A stretch of DNA of 32,000 nt from Candidatus Saccharibacteria bacterium oral taxon 488 (GTDB taxonomy: Bacteria; Patescibacteriota; Saccharimonadia; Saccharimonadales; Saccharimonadaceae), in assembly GCA_010202845.1 (NCBI GenBank), contig CP047921.1, forward strand, positions 30,001 to 62,000, read 5' to 3'. Below the pieces are notes generated by a model. That model worked only from the letters and a program-made list of their open reading frames with translations. It ran no database searches and was not told where the DNA came from. The position numbers and the translations under genes were made by a program. Each line of letters starts with the position of its first letter. Position 1 is the stretch's first letter. Positions 23,941-32,000 of this stretch are shown one piece after another.

Positions 23941-24339
23941 ATGGACAAAATTACAACAGATATTTTAGACACCGTGGAAGTTGGCGCCTTGGCAACCGTC
24001 AATCGTGACAGAACACCATTGATTACACCACTTCACTTTGTTCGTTATAAAAATAACAACATTATTTGGATTTCTGACCGACAATCTCGTCACGCTGTTA
24101 ATGCCTATCGCAGCGGTGTTGTCGAATTTGTGGTTTGGAACGATCAAAAGAGTGCTGTCTTTTTGACAACAAAAGTACGAGAACTACCAGAGGAAGAAGA
24201 GGCGGCGGCTTTGGAGACCTACGCCAATAAGTTGGGCGACTTTATGCCGCGCGTGGAAAATAGACAAATTTACATCATGCCAATCGGTAATCTTGATGAA
24301 AAAACTACAACAGGAAGTTGGCGGCACTATGTTGCATAG
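23941..24339 (+). CDS. Pyridoxamine 5'-phosphate oxidase-like FMN-binding split-barrel protein (putative)
   Basis: 132 aa. The pattern VGALATVNRDRTPLITPLHFV...IIWISDRQSRHAVN...VEFVV resembles PNPOx-family small flavoproteins. It starts 5 nt after the nrdB stop. Confidence 0.5.
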   Translation: MDKITTDILDTVEVGALATVNRDRTPLITPLHFVRYKNNNIIWISDRQSRHAVNAYRSGVVEFVVWNDQKSAVFLTTKVRELPEEEEAAALETYANKLGDFMPRVENRQIYIMPIGNLDEKTTTGSWRHYVA

Positions 24340-24398
24340 GCGCTACATATAGCGTATTATAAGCGTAAGCGATACTAAATATATAGAAAGACAGGAAC

Positions 24399-24572
24399 AT
24401 GAACGCAAGTCAAATTATTTCTGACGACATGACTTTGGAAGAAAAATTGAATGCCATTGACGCGGCGATGAAGGCAGCGCAGGCGGTGGCGGACGAGCAG
24501 GCTAAGGCGAGCGGGGGCGTCGCTGCGCCCATTGATCCGGCAAATCTGACGATTTGCGATGGCTGCGAATAG
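24399..24572 (+). CDS. Unannotated small ORF (57 aa) ending in a CDGCE motif
   Basis: MNASQIISDDMTLEEKLNAIDAAMKAAQAVADEQAKASGGVAAPIDPANLTICDGCE. The codon usage looks coding, but the SD (AGGA) is weak. It is below the track threshold. Confidence 0.35.
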   Translation: MNASQIISDDMTLEEKLNAIDAAMKAAQAVADEQAKASGGVAAPIDPANLTICDGCE

Positions 24573-24625
24573 AAATAAAAGGGCGTCAATTCGGCGCCTC
24601 TTTTAATTAGAATAATGGAGAAGCA

Positions 24626-26203
24626 ATGACGAGGAAATTTATTTTCGTAACTGGCGGCGTGCTGTCAGGCGTTGGCAAGGGCATCACGGCCGCCAGTATC
24701 GGTGCGGTGTTGCAGGCCAAGGGCATCGCCGTGTCGGTACAAAAGTGCGATCCGTACCTGAATGTTGATGCCGGACTATTGAACCCGAAAGAGCACGGCG
24801 AGTGCTTTGTGACCAGAGACGGCGCTGAGACCGATTTGGACCTGGGACATTATGAGCGGTTTTTGGATTTGGAATTGACGCGGAAAAACACTACGCTGTC
24901 GGGCCGATTGCTGCACGATTTGATCGCCGATGAACGGGCTGGTAAGTTTGGCGGCCAGACGGTACAGATGGTGCCGCATTTGACTAACTCTATCAAGGCG
25001 GCTATCCGCGAGGCGGCCGAAGGCGACGTCCACATCGTGGAGATTGGCGGTACGGTCGGTGACTACGAGGGCCTGAGTTTTATCGAGGCGATCCGCGGTT
25101 TTGCGCTGGATGTGGGACGGGAAAATTGTCTATTCGTGCACGTGGTGTATGTGCCGTTTTTGGAGGCGTCGCACGAGTATAAGACCAAGCCAGCTCAGAA
25201 TGCACTGGCGGATCTTCGCGGTTTTGGGATTATGCCGGACGTGGTGGCGGTGCGGACTGAGGGCCATGACAAGCCGCCGCGCAGTATCGGCGAAAAAATT
25301 GCTATTTCATCTGGCGTGCGCCGCGAGGGAATTATTATGATGCCAAATGTTGACATCGTGTATGAAGTGCCATTGACGGTGCACCGTGATTTGGGCAAGC
25401 TATTGGGCGAATTTACCGACAATTCAGTGGAGCCAAATTTACAGCGGTGGAAGCGTCTAGCTCGGCGTGATACTACTGAATATGCCAAGCGGGTAACCGT
25501 CGGCTTGGTGGCTAAATACATTGATAATTCTGATACCTACTTGTCGGTGACTGAGGCGCTAAAGTCTGCCGCTTGGGCGAACAAAAGCGAGATTTCTATC
25601 AGGTGGATTAATGCCGAGACAGCTGCTGAGGCTGATTTTGCCGGCGTTGACGCTATCGTGGTGCCGGGTGGTTTTGGTACGCGCGGCGTGGAGGGCAAGA
25701 TCAAGGCGGCTGAGTATTGTATAAAAAACAACAAACCATATTTAGGAATTTGTCTTGGCCTGCAGGTGGCGGTGATTGCGGCAGTGCGTTTGGGCGGCGT
25801 AGCAAATGCTAACAGTGAGGAGTTCGGTGCTGAGCCTGGCGCAAATGTGGTGTACATCATGGACGGCCAGCAGGGCAAGCAGTCAACCGGCGGGACGATG
25901 CGCCTCGGCGATTATCCAGCGGTGCTGAAATCTGGGTTGCTCGTTGCTAAAATGTACGGCAAGACAGAGGTAATTGAGCGACACCGCCACCGCTACGAAG
26001 TGAACCAGGAGTTTATTCAGGCGATTGAGCGGGGTGGTTTGGTAGTTTCCGGTACGTCGCCGGACGGTCAGCTGGTGGAATTTATTGAAGCGCCGCATCA
26101 TCAGTATTTCGTAGCTACGCAAGCTCACCCTGAATTTAAGTCGCGCCCGTTCCGCCCGCATCCGCTGTTTGATGGATTGATCCGGGCCGCCTTGACAAAG
26201 TAA
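24626..26203 (+). CDS. pyrG: CTP synthase
   Basis: 525 aa. N-terminal FVTGGVLSGVGKGITAASIG, and a C-terminal glutamine amidotransferase domain with GICLGLQ and HRHRYEVN. Confidence 0.95.
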   Translation: MTRKFIFVTGGVLSGVGKGITAASIGAVLQAKGIAVSVQKCDPYLNVDAGLLNPKEHGECFVTRDGAETDLDLGHYERFLDLELTRKNTTLSGRLLHDLIADERAGKFGGQTVQMVPHLTNSIKAAIREAAEGDVHIVEIGGTVGDYEGLSFIEAIRGFALDVGRENCLFVHVVYVPFLEASHEYKTKPAQNALADLRGFGIMPDVVAVRTEGHDKPPRSIGEKIAISSGVRREGIIMMPNVDIVYEVPLTVHRDLGKLLGEFTDNSVEPNLQRWKRLARRDTTEYAKRVTVGLVAKYIDNSDTYLSVTEALKSAAWANKSEISIRWINAETAAEADFAGVDAIVVPGGFGTRGVEGKIKAAEYCIKNNKPYLGICLGLQVAVIAAVRLGGVANANSEEFGAEPGANVVYIMDGQQGKQSTGGTMRLGDYPAVLKSGLLVAKMYGKTEVIERHRHRYEVNQEFIQAIERGGLVVSGTSPDGQLVEFIEAPHHQYFVATQAHPEFKSRPFRPHPLFDGLIRAALTK

Positions 26204-26256
26204 AAAACTTATGCTAACATACGGCCAGATAGTACCTAAAACAAAAAGGAATAAAA

Positions 26257-26412
26257 ATGGCTGAAGAAACAATTGAAACACATGATCCGCTTGACGGGAC
26301 GACGTTGAGTCATGACGATGCCTCGGCGCTTGGGTATGTTTTGCGTCACGTCAAGGGTTCGAGCCCGAGTTCGGTGACGCTGCTGCAGCTCGAAGAAATG
26401 AGTCAAGAGTAA
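26257..26412 (+). CDS. Unannotated small ORF (51 aa), hypothetical
   Basis: The SD AAGGA lies 6 nt upstream. The product is MAEETIETHDPLDGTTLSHDDASALGYVLRHVKGSSPSSVTLLQLEEMSQE. It is below the track threshold. Confidence 0.35.
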   Translation: MAEETIETHDPLDGTTLSHDDASALGYVLRHVKGSSPSSVTLLQLEEMSQE

Positions 26413-26418
26413 AACTGC

Positions 26419-28074
26419 TTGTCGTCTGCTATACTGGAAGGTATGGAACAGATTATTTCTCAGGTGGTGAAGCAACGTTTTGATCAAGATGTATCGGTGC
26501 AATTGACGCGTCCTGATCCAAAGTTTGGTGACTTTGCGACGAATGTGGCGCTACAATTAGCCAAGCCGTTGGGTAAAAACCCGCGTGAGATTGCCGAGGC
26601 AATCGCCAAAGAGCTACGCGGCCACCAGGAACTTAGCGAGGTTAGCGTGGCTGGGCCGGGCTTTATCAATGTGAAATTGAGCGATCAAACGGTGCTGGAG
26701 TCGTTGAAAGTGCGGCCAGCGACTAATCGTTCAGGCCAAACGGTCGTTATTGAGACTAATTGTCCGAATCCGTTTAAGGCTATGCACATTGGCCACGCGC
26801 TGAATGCGATTACCGCCGACACTATGGCGAATTTGTTGGCGGTTGATGGCGCGGCGGTGCACCGGGTGAGTTATCATGGCGATGTCGGCACGCACGTCGG
26901 CAAGAGTATGTGGGCGATTTTGCGCGAGATTGATGGCGATGTCAGCAAACTAGACGCTATTCCGGCTGATAAGCGCAACGAATTTATGAGCCGTATGTAT
27001 GTTGAAGGCGCACGGGCAGCTAAGGAATCGCCAGAGGCACGGGCGGAAATTGATGAGCTGGCCAAGCAGTCTTTCGTGCTGGATGATCCGCTGTATAAGC
27101 AGGTGTACGAGATTTGTAAGGCGTGGAGCTTTGATGAGATTGATGCCAATGTGGCGCGGCTGGGAAATGTACCAATTGAACGGCGTTATGTCGAGAGTGA
27201 AACCGAAGTGCCAGGCAAGGCCTTGATCAAAGCAAAAACCCCAGAAGTCTTTACCAAATCAGATGGTGCGTATATCTTCAAAGGTAGCCAATACGGTGCG
27301 TTTGACAATGTGTTTATCGGTTCGCATGGCAACGGGTTGTACGGTGCGCACGACATGGGGCTAATTCAGCTGAAGCACCAAGCTTATCCAAATCTGGACC
27401 TGTCGATTACGGTCAATGGCGAAGAGCAGGCGGCGTATTTCCGCGGGGTGATCGCGGCTAGTGAATTGGCGATTCCAGAACTGAAGGGTAAATTGTTTAA
27501 TTATGCGACTGGCCTGGTCAAATTAACAACCGGCAAGATGAGTTCGCGTACTGGTGAAGTGATTACTATCGATTGGTTGTTTAACGAGTTCAAGAAAGCC
27601 ATTACTCAAGCTGGCGGTGAGCCGACTGACGAGGTGGTGGCGGGTGCGCTGCGTTATCAATTCTTGAAGGTGAAAATTGGTAGCGACGTGGTATTTGATA
27701 TCAACGATGCAGTCAGTTTGACTGGCAACACTGGCAGCTATTTGCAATACGCGCATGCTCGGGCACGGGGTATTTTGGCGAAATCCGAGCAAGCGGTGGC
27801 ATTTCCGAAGGAGCTGTTTGACGAAGATCGGCTGCTTGTTAGGAAATTGAGCGGATATGCGGAGGCGGTTAACCGCGCTACTGAGAGTCTGGAGCCGCAC
27901 CATGTCTGTACCTACCTATTCGAGCTAGCACAAGAATTCAACCGCTACTATGAGAAAAATCAAGTTGTTGGCAGCGACAAAGAAGCACACCGCGTCGGCT
28001 TGGTAGCGGTGTATGCTGACATCTTGAAGGCGGGGCTTACCGTTCTTGGTATCATCGCCCCTGATAAGTTGTAA
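26419..28074 (+). CDS. argS: Arginine--tRNA ligase
   Basis: The class I HIGH motif (AMHIGHALN), the MSSR/KMSKS-like GKMSSRTG and a C-terminal anticodon-binding domain are present. The track start is TTG 26419. ATG 26443 (MEQIISQ...) is an equally plausible start. Confidence 0.9.
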   Translation: MSSAILEGMEQIISQVVKQRFDQDVSVQLTRPDPKFGDFATNVALQLAKPLGKNPREIAEAIAKELRGHQELSEVSVAGPGFINVKLSDQTVLESLKVRPATNRSGQTVVIETNCPNPFKAMHIGHALNAITADTMANLLAVDGAAVHRVSYHGDVGTHVGKSMWAILREIDGDVSKLDAIPADKRNEFMSRMYVEGARAAKESPEARAEIDELAKQSFVLDDPLYKQVYEICKAWSFDEIDANVARLGNVPIERRYVESETEVPGKALIKAKTPEVFTKSDGAYIFKGSQYGAFDNVFIGSHGNGLYGAHDMGLIQLKHQAYPNLDLSITVNGEEQAAYFRGVIAASELAIPELKGKLFNYATGLVKLTTGKMSSRTGEVITIDWLFNEFKKAITQAGGEPTDEVVAGALRYQFLKVKIGSDVVFDINDAVSLTGNTGSYLQYAHARARGILAKSEQAVAFPKELFDEDRLLVRKLSGYAEAVNRATESLEPHHVCTYLFELAQEFNRYYEKNQVVGSDKEAHRVGLVAVYADILKAGLTVLGIIAPDKL

Positions 28075-28097
28075 AATTTGAGCAAATATTGTATGAT
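28069..28097 (+). promoter_or_regulatory. Putative promoter (-35 TTGTAA, 17-nt spacer, -10 TATGAT) 9 nt upstream of ATG 28107
   Basis: Hexamers lie at 28069-28074 (overlapping the argS stop) and 28092-28097. The track's TTG start (28089) lies inside this promoter. Confidence 0.4.
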
Positions 28098-28106
28098 ACA
28101 TCAGAG

Positions 28107-28298
28107 ATGGAAGAGTATCTTTCTGCTAATTTGATGACGCCTAAACGGCAATTAGTTAAGGCCGAGTCAGGACTACGGCGTGAGTTTTTATTAGATTCGC
28201 AGCAGCTGAAATTAATTCGTGCGGTGTATGAACAGTCTCCGCAGACGTTTGATGATGCGACGAAGGCAGCGGTTGACATAGCACGGGTGGTACGATAA
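28107..28298 (+). CDS. N-terminal fragment (63 aa) of the transglutaminase-like protein, ended by the in-frame TAA at 28296-28298
   Basis: It is in the same frame as ORF 28302-29177 and is separated from it only by TAA plus one codon. Its sequence (DDATKAAVDIARVVR) continues the pattern usually found upstream of a transglutaminase-core Cys. Confidence 0.35.
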   Translation: MEEYLSANLMTPKRQLVKAESGLRREFLLDSQQLKLIRAVYEQSPQTFDDATKAAVDIARVVR

Positions 28299-28301
28299 AC
28301 G

Positions 28302-29177
28302 GTGGATTTTGCTCCGACTTTGGCTAACTCACCGCTACTCGATGCAGTTGAAGTTGCCAATCGTGAGGCTACAAACTGTTTTGGCCATGTCATTATTGCC
28401 TCAGAATGTCTGGAGCAGCTCGGCATTGAGCATTTTGTCAGTTATGCGAATCAGCACGCCATGGTGACACTATTTGATCGGAGCAGTGAGCGAGCTTTTT
28501 TGCTGGATGTAGCGACGGAGGAGTTGTGCTGTGATATGACTGGCGTAATTGGCAGCGGTGCGCCCAACCCGCTTGACCAGTTGGCGATGGGTGAGTTGCG
28601 GGCAGTGAATGCGTTTTTTTCAGAGGAACTCTTGAAACGACTACCGCCGTCGATTGATAGGCAAAAGTTTATGAGCTCAAGGCCATGGCTGTCATTTGAT
28701 GCTATTGATGCGGCACAATCTCACGAATATAAGCCCCGAAATCGGATATTACAGTTCTTAACATTACCCTCAGTACCGGGGCGTATGTTGTTGATTCAGC
28801 AGTATAATGCTGCCCGACGAGCGGGGTCGGGCGACATTGAAGCAGCAAGTGAAGAGCTGTCAGAATTATCAGGGATATATCTTGATGTTGATTCGCGAAA
28901 TGGCCTGAAAGAAGTTGATGAGTTGTGCCGTCGGCTAATATCGGCGGGAAAATATGACGAAGCAATTGATTTGGCGACTATGGTGGACGAGAGCCTGGTC
29001 CCAGACGACAAATCGAAAAATAAGTTATTTTTGCCAGATATCATGCGAAAAATTGCTAGACAGACAGGAAACAAGGAGCTTGCCTGGCGGGCTATTAAAC
29101 TATACGGGGAGAATCCACCAAATAGCCTGCGCAACGGTAAGCTTGCTGCAGCCAGAAAACTTTTAAATAATTTGTAA
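28302..29177 (+). CDS. Transglutaminase-like (Cys-His-Asp papain-fold) protein, possibly the 3' part of a disrupted gene
   Basis: NCFGHVIIASECLEQLGIEHFVSY ... QHAMVTLFD ... AFLLDV matches the GxCxxFaxxxxxxxRxxGIPaRxV...HaWxE...D layout of the transglutaminase core. The Cys codon is at 28377-28379. The start is GTG with no convincing SD. Confidence 0.5.
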   Translation: MDFAPTLANSPLLDAVEVANREATNCFGHVIIASECLEQLGIEHFVSYANQHAMVTLFDRSSERAFLLDVATEELCCDMTGVIGSGAPNPLDQLAMGELRAVNAFFSEELLKRLPPSIDRQKFMSSRPWLSFDAIDAAQSHEYKPRNRILQFLTLPSVPGRMLLIQQYNAARRAGSGDIEAASEELSELSGIYLDVDSRNGLKEVDELCRRLISAGKYDEAIDLATMVDESLVPDDKSKNKLFLPDIMRKIARQTGNKELAWRAIKLYGENPPNSLRNGKLAAARKLLNNL

Positions 29178-29223
29178 AGTTTTATGCTACAATCAAGATG
29201 TTACTTAACGTAAAGGAGTTTTT

Positions 29224-29658
29224 ATGGCAGAGAAGAAAGTAGCCAAGAAGGCGGCTACCAAACAGACGACTACTAAGAAATCGATTGTGAAAAAACCAAG
29301 CGTGGCAGCGCTGAAAGAAAAGGCAGCGGCGGTCAAGGGCCATGGCGGCGGTTTTATGACATTTATTCGCGAGCAGGGCGTGGTTGGCTTGGCTGTCGGT
29401 CTGGCGATCGGTACAGCGGCTGGCGATACCGTGAAAAAGTTGGTGACAGCGTTTATCGACCCGCTGGTGCAGCTGATTGTCGGCTCGCAGGAAGGTCTAC
29501 AGGCGGCATCATTCTCTGTTGAGATTGCTGGTCGTAAGGGTGAGTTTCTGTACGGCGCATTCGTTAGCTCGCTGATCACTTTGTTAGCGGTGGCGTTTGT
29601 GGTGTATGCAATTATTCACTTTTTGAAGCTGGATAAATTAGACAAGAAAAAAGACTAA
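29224..29658 (+). CDS. mscL: Large-conductance mechanosensitive channel MscL with a Lys-rich N-terminal extension
   Basis: The core FIREQGVVGLAVGLAIGTAAGDTVKKLVTAFIDPL matches the MscL TM1 signature. The strong SD AAAGGAG precedes the ATG at 29224, which supports the long form. Confidence 0.85.
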   Translation: MAEKKVAKKAATKQTTTKKSIVKKPSVAALKEKAAAVKGHGGGFMTFIREQGVVGLAVGLAIGTAAGDTVKKLVTAFIDPLVQLIVGSQEGLQAASFSVEIAGRKGEFLYGAFVSSLITLLAVAFVVYAIIHFLKLDKLDKKKD

Positions 29659-29675
29659 TTGGGCCTTAAAAACAG

Positions 29676-29705
29676 ATCCGCCGGATAAATACGGCGGATT
29701 TTTTA
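29676..29705 (+). terminator. Rho-independent terminator after mscL
   Basis: An 8-bp GC-rich stem atccgccg / cggcggat with an 8-nt loop, followed by a T run. Confidence 0.8.
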
Positions 29706-29750
29706 TGTAAAACGATTTATGCTGGAACAAGATGCGTACCGTACTCAGGG

Positions 29751-30455
29751 CTAGGAAATCAGCGTGCCGACTATCTCGCCGCGAGCGGCCCGGGCGATGT
29801 TGCCGTCGGTGAGCAGGTCGCAGATGACAACTGGGATGTGCTCGTCCATAGCCAGGCCGATAGCGGCCTTGTCCATGACGGCGATATCGGGGTTAGTGAG
29901 GACGTCCTGATATGATAGCTGATCAAGTTTAACAGCGTCTGGAAATCTCACCGGATCCTTATCATATACGCCGTCGACTTTCGTTGTTTTGATCACAATG
30001 TCGCACTGCATCTCTAGGGCGAGGTTGAGAGCGGCGGTATCAGTAGTCAGGAAGGGCCGGCCAGTGCCGCAGGCAACGATGACGATACGGCCCTTTTTGA
30101 TATGACTAAGAGCACGGCGGAAGGTGTATTGGTCGATGAATTGATTGACCTCAACAGTAGAGAGCGCGCGGGTCGGTAGGTCGGCGTCATTAAAAACGTC
30201 GGCTAGAGCGATGGCGTTCATTAGAGTAGAGAGCATGCCGATATTATGGGCCGAGACGGGCTGGATGCCGTGACCAATGATTTGGTTGCCGCGGACGTAA
30301 TTGCCGCCGCCAACCATAATGACGACTTCGGCGCCGGTTTCTAGCGCTGGTTTAATTTGTTCGGCGATCCAACGAGCCCGCTTGGGATCGAAGCCGCTGG
30401 CGAACTCGCCCTGGAGCTGCTCGCCGGAGAGTTTGAGAAGGATACGTTTGGTCAT
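29751..30455 (-). CDS. pyrH: UMP kinase
   Basis: 234 aa. KRILLKLSGEQL..., VVIMVGGGNYVRG and VDGVYDKDP are PyrH/amino-acid-kinase family motifs. Confidence 0.9.
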   Translation of the reverse strand: MTKRILLKLSGEQLQGEFASGFDPKRARWIAEQIKPALETGAEVVIMVGGGNYVRGNQIIGHGIQPVSAHNIGMLSTLMNAIALADVFNDADLPTRALSTVEVNQFIDQYTFRRALSHIKKGRIVIVACGTGRPFLTTDTAALNLALEMQCDIVIKTTKVDGVYDKDPVRFPDAVKLDQLSYQDVLTNPDIAVMDKAAIGLAMDEHIPVVICDLLTDGNIARAARGEIVGTLIS

Positions 30456-30693
30456 GGTATCAGTGTATCATATCTTGGTTTCTTAGCACCGACCTACTCT
30501 ATTATTAGATGAATGGTTAGTAATAATGACGGCGGTTAGGGCGGTTTATTGTGTCAGAGGGTAGTGGTGGGGAGCACCATCAGATCCATTGATCTATTGA
30601 CTTTCCCCCCTAAATCTGCTACCATTCAAAACATAAGCTAGTCGGTAGCAAAAATGCCGACCGTCGTATCCCCCCCAGAAAGGAACCACCACA

Positions 30694-32000
30694 ATGCTCA
30701 AAAACCCAAACCGCCCACCAGCACCCTCCCCTGAGTCTCTCGGCCCAGAGGCTGCAACCTCCTCGTCATATTCCCTAGACTCAGACGATCGCTTCAAAGG
30801 AAAGCTTAATGCCAGTGACCTCGACGCCAAAGCACTCTTTGATCCAGCCCGACGAAAGCAACTGGAAGAAGCTCAACTCGCACAAGATGACTTGGAAGCC
30901 TATCTCAACCAACGCCCCGACGAATACGGCAAAGATCCAAATGGCAACCTACTTCCATCCGAAGAAGACCTCTATAACCAAACCCTCAACGAAGCACGCC
31001 GTGAGCGTGAGGCCACGAGTCTCACTGACCTCGCAACCGCTGCCGGAGAAGCCCTTGCTCGTGGCGACAAGACTATGGCTGATGATCTCCAAGACGAGAT
31101 CCTCCAAAGACTCATTGAACGAGCCGAAACCTACGATCTAAGCCAAGAAGCCATCGACCAACGTATCCGTCAGCTTACTAAGATCATGGATAACGCCGAA
31201 AATGTCGCTAAAGAAAAAGCCACCAAAGCAGCCACCCAGCGAACCCTTTCTTTCCCAGCTACACCTCAAGCCCCAGAGTCTGCCCCGGTGACACAGTCCG
31301 AGCCAACCCAGACCGTGCCAACAGCTCCGGTGAAGCCGGTGCGGCCACGATCACCGCTACAGACTTCATCAGGGCCAGGTTTGGGGTTGGGACTTCCTCC
31401 GGTCCCATCTCGTGCATTAGCGTCACCAACGACTCCGCCACAAGATAGTGTAGAGTCAACACCGCTACCACCAGCCCAGAGTGCGCCGGGTGAGGGAGGC
31501 GCATTGAACATGCCGCCCACTTCTAATAAGGAGCTAACAATAGGAGAAATAACAGAACCAACCCTCCCAGCTCAACAGAGTCCAGAGAGGGTTAGTGAGG
31601 ATGTTAAGCTTATCACAATAGAAGAGGCTGCGCAGATAATGCAGGCTGCGCGTGTGTTAAACGGAAAAGATGCCTCCTCCGAGCTTACGCTACTCCAGAA
31701 AGACAAGAAAAGGAAAGAGGCCCTTAAGTGTATTAAGGTAATTATGGGTAGGCTTGAAGGCCTACCGCTAATTGGTGAAGATCCTGATAAAACTAACCGT
31801 AAGACGGGCTCTATCCCAAGCAGGCTTTTTGAGCAGATAACTAAGGCTGCGCAGGCATTAAGCATATTTGCCACTTCTCCCGAGGAGAGGCGAGAGGCGA
31901 TGAGAATCATTCGGGAAACTGTGGACGCTCTTGACAGCGGTGTAATTCGGGCGGGAGAAGTTGATACTGAGTTTGAAGGGCTGAGGCCGAGCAATATAGT
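30694..32000 (+). CDS. Large hypothetical protein, 5' part (435+ codons), open at the window edge
   Basis: Hand translation from ATG 30694 to 32000 shows no stop, and an in-frame stop lies upstream at 30646. It has an acidic helical N-terminal part, a Pro/Thr/Ser-rich linker (about 31250-31560), then a helical region. It is absent from the track because it is open-ended, and it supersedes 30809-31141(+) and the antisense ORFs. Confidence 0.6.
   Translation, partial: MLKNPNRPPAPSPESLGPEAATSSSYSLDSDDRFKGKLNASDLDAKALFDPARRKQLEEAQLAQDDLEAYLNQRPDEYGKDPNGNLLPSEEDLYNQTLNEARREREATSLTDLATAAGEALARGDKTMADDLQDEILQRLIERAETYDLSQEAIDQRIRQLTKIMDNAENVAKEKATKAATQRTLSFPATPQAPESAPVTQSEPTQTVPTAPVKPVRPRSPLQTSSGPGLGLGLPPVPSRALASPTTPPQDSVESTPLPPAQSAPGEGGALNMPPTSNKELTIGEITEPTLPAQQSPERVSEDVKLITIEEAAQIMQAARVLNGKDASSELTLLQKDKKRKEALKCIKVIMGRLEGLPLIGEDPDKTNRKTGSIPSRLFEQITKAAQALSIFATSPEERREAMRIIRETVDALDSGVIRAGEVDTEFEGLRPSNI

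Noticed and set aside
30809-31994. Track ORFs 30809-31141(+), 31259-31504(-), 31266-31520(-) and 31572-31994(-), plus 30594-30830(-).
   Set aside because: All overlap the much longer stop-free plus-strand frame starting at 30694. Their products are low-complexity and lack start signals.
1-32000. Search for CRISPR arrays, rRNA genes, IS elements/transposases, integrases and long direct or inverted repeats.
   Set aside because: Reading both strands by eye revealed no regularly spaced repeats, no transposase- or integrase-like ORFs and no rRNA-like segments. The only repeat found is the protein-level tandem module inside the hydrolase gene. A computational repeat search could still find short dispersed repeats that I missed.

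Overview
All calls come from reading the sequence and the supplied ORF track; no database search was possible. The window looks like a gene-dense stretch of a small bacterial chromosome. A FemAB-type transferase, N-terminally short Mur ligases, a class Ic-type ribonucleotide reductase and many lineage-specific hypotheticals suggest a reduced-genome Patescibacteria/CPR (Saccharibacteria-like) organism; this placement is inference only. Standard code 11 fits, since TGA, TAG and TAA all end well-conserved genes.

Housekeeping content:
- fem-like gene (open at the 5' window edge), tsaD, murE-like, murF
- groES-groEL with a near-perfect CIRCE operator
- PGI/PMI-type sugar isomerase
- MacB/FtsX-type ABC permease plus ATPase
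- tRNA-Ser(GGA)
- nrdA-nrdB, a PNPOx-like flavoprotein, pyrG, argS, mscL, pyrH

Accessory or unusual content:
1. A stand-alone kinase-phosphatase-ligase (Pnkp-type) RNA-repair protein 3 nt downstream of murE, with no Hen1 partner nearby.
2. A roughly 1000-aa secreted SGNH/GDSL hydrolase with a tandemly duplicated unknown N-terminal module. It is split by a single in-frame TAA that aligns with a Tyr codon (TAT) in the sister module.
3. A transglutaminase-like Cys-His-Asp protein, also split by a single in-frame TAA.
4. An AT-rich three-gene islet between murF and groES: a PRTase-fold protein plus two unknown small proteins, with the stop codons of one convergent gene pair overlapping.
5. Recurrent promoter -10 elements only 6-9 nt upstream of start codons, suggesting leaderless mRNAs.
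6. Three unannotated small ORFs under 60 aa, one translationally coupled between nrdA and nrdB.
7. A long open-ended ORF at the 3' window edge that is missing from the ORF track.

No CRISPR array, rRNA, transposase or integrase was recognised.
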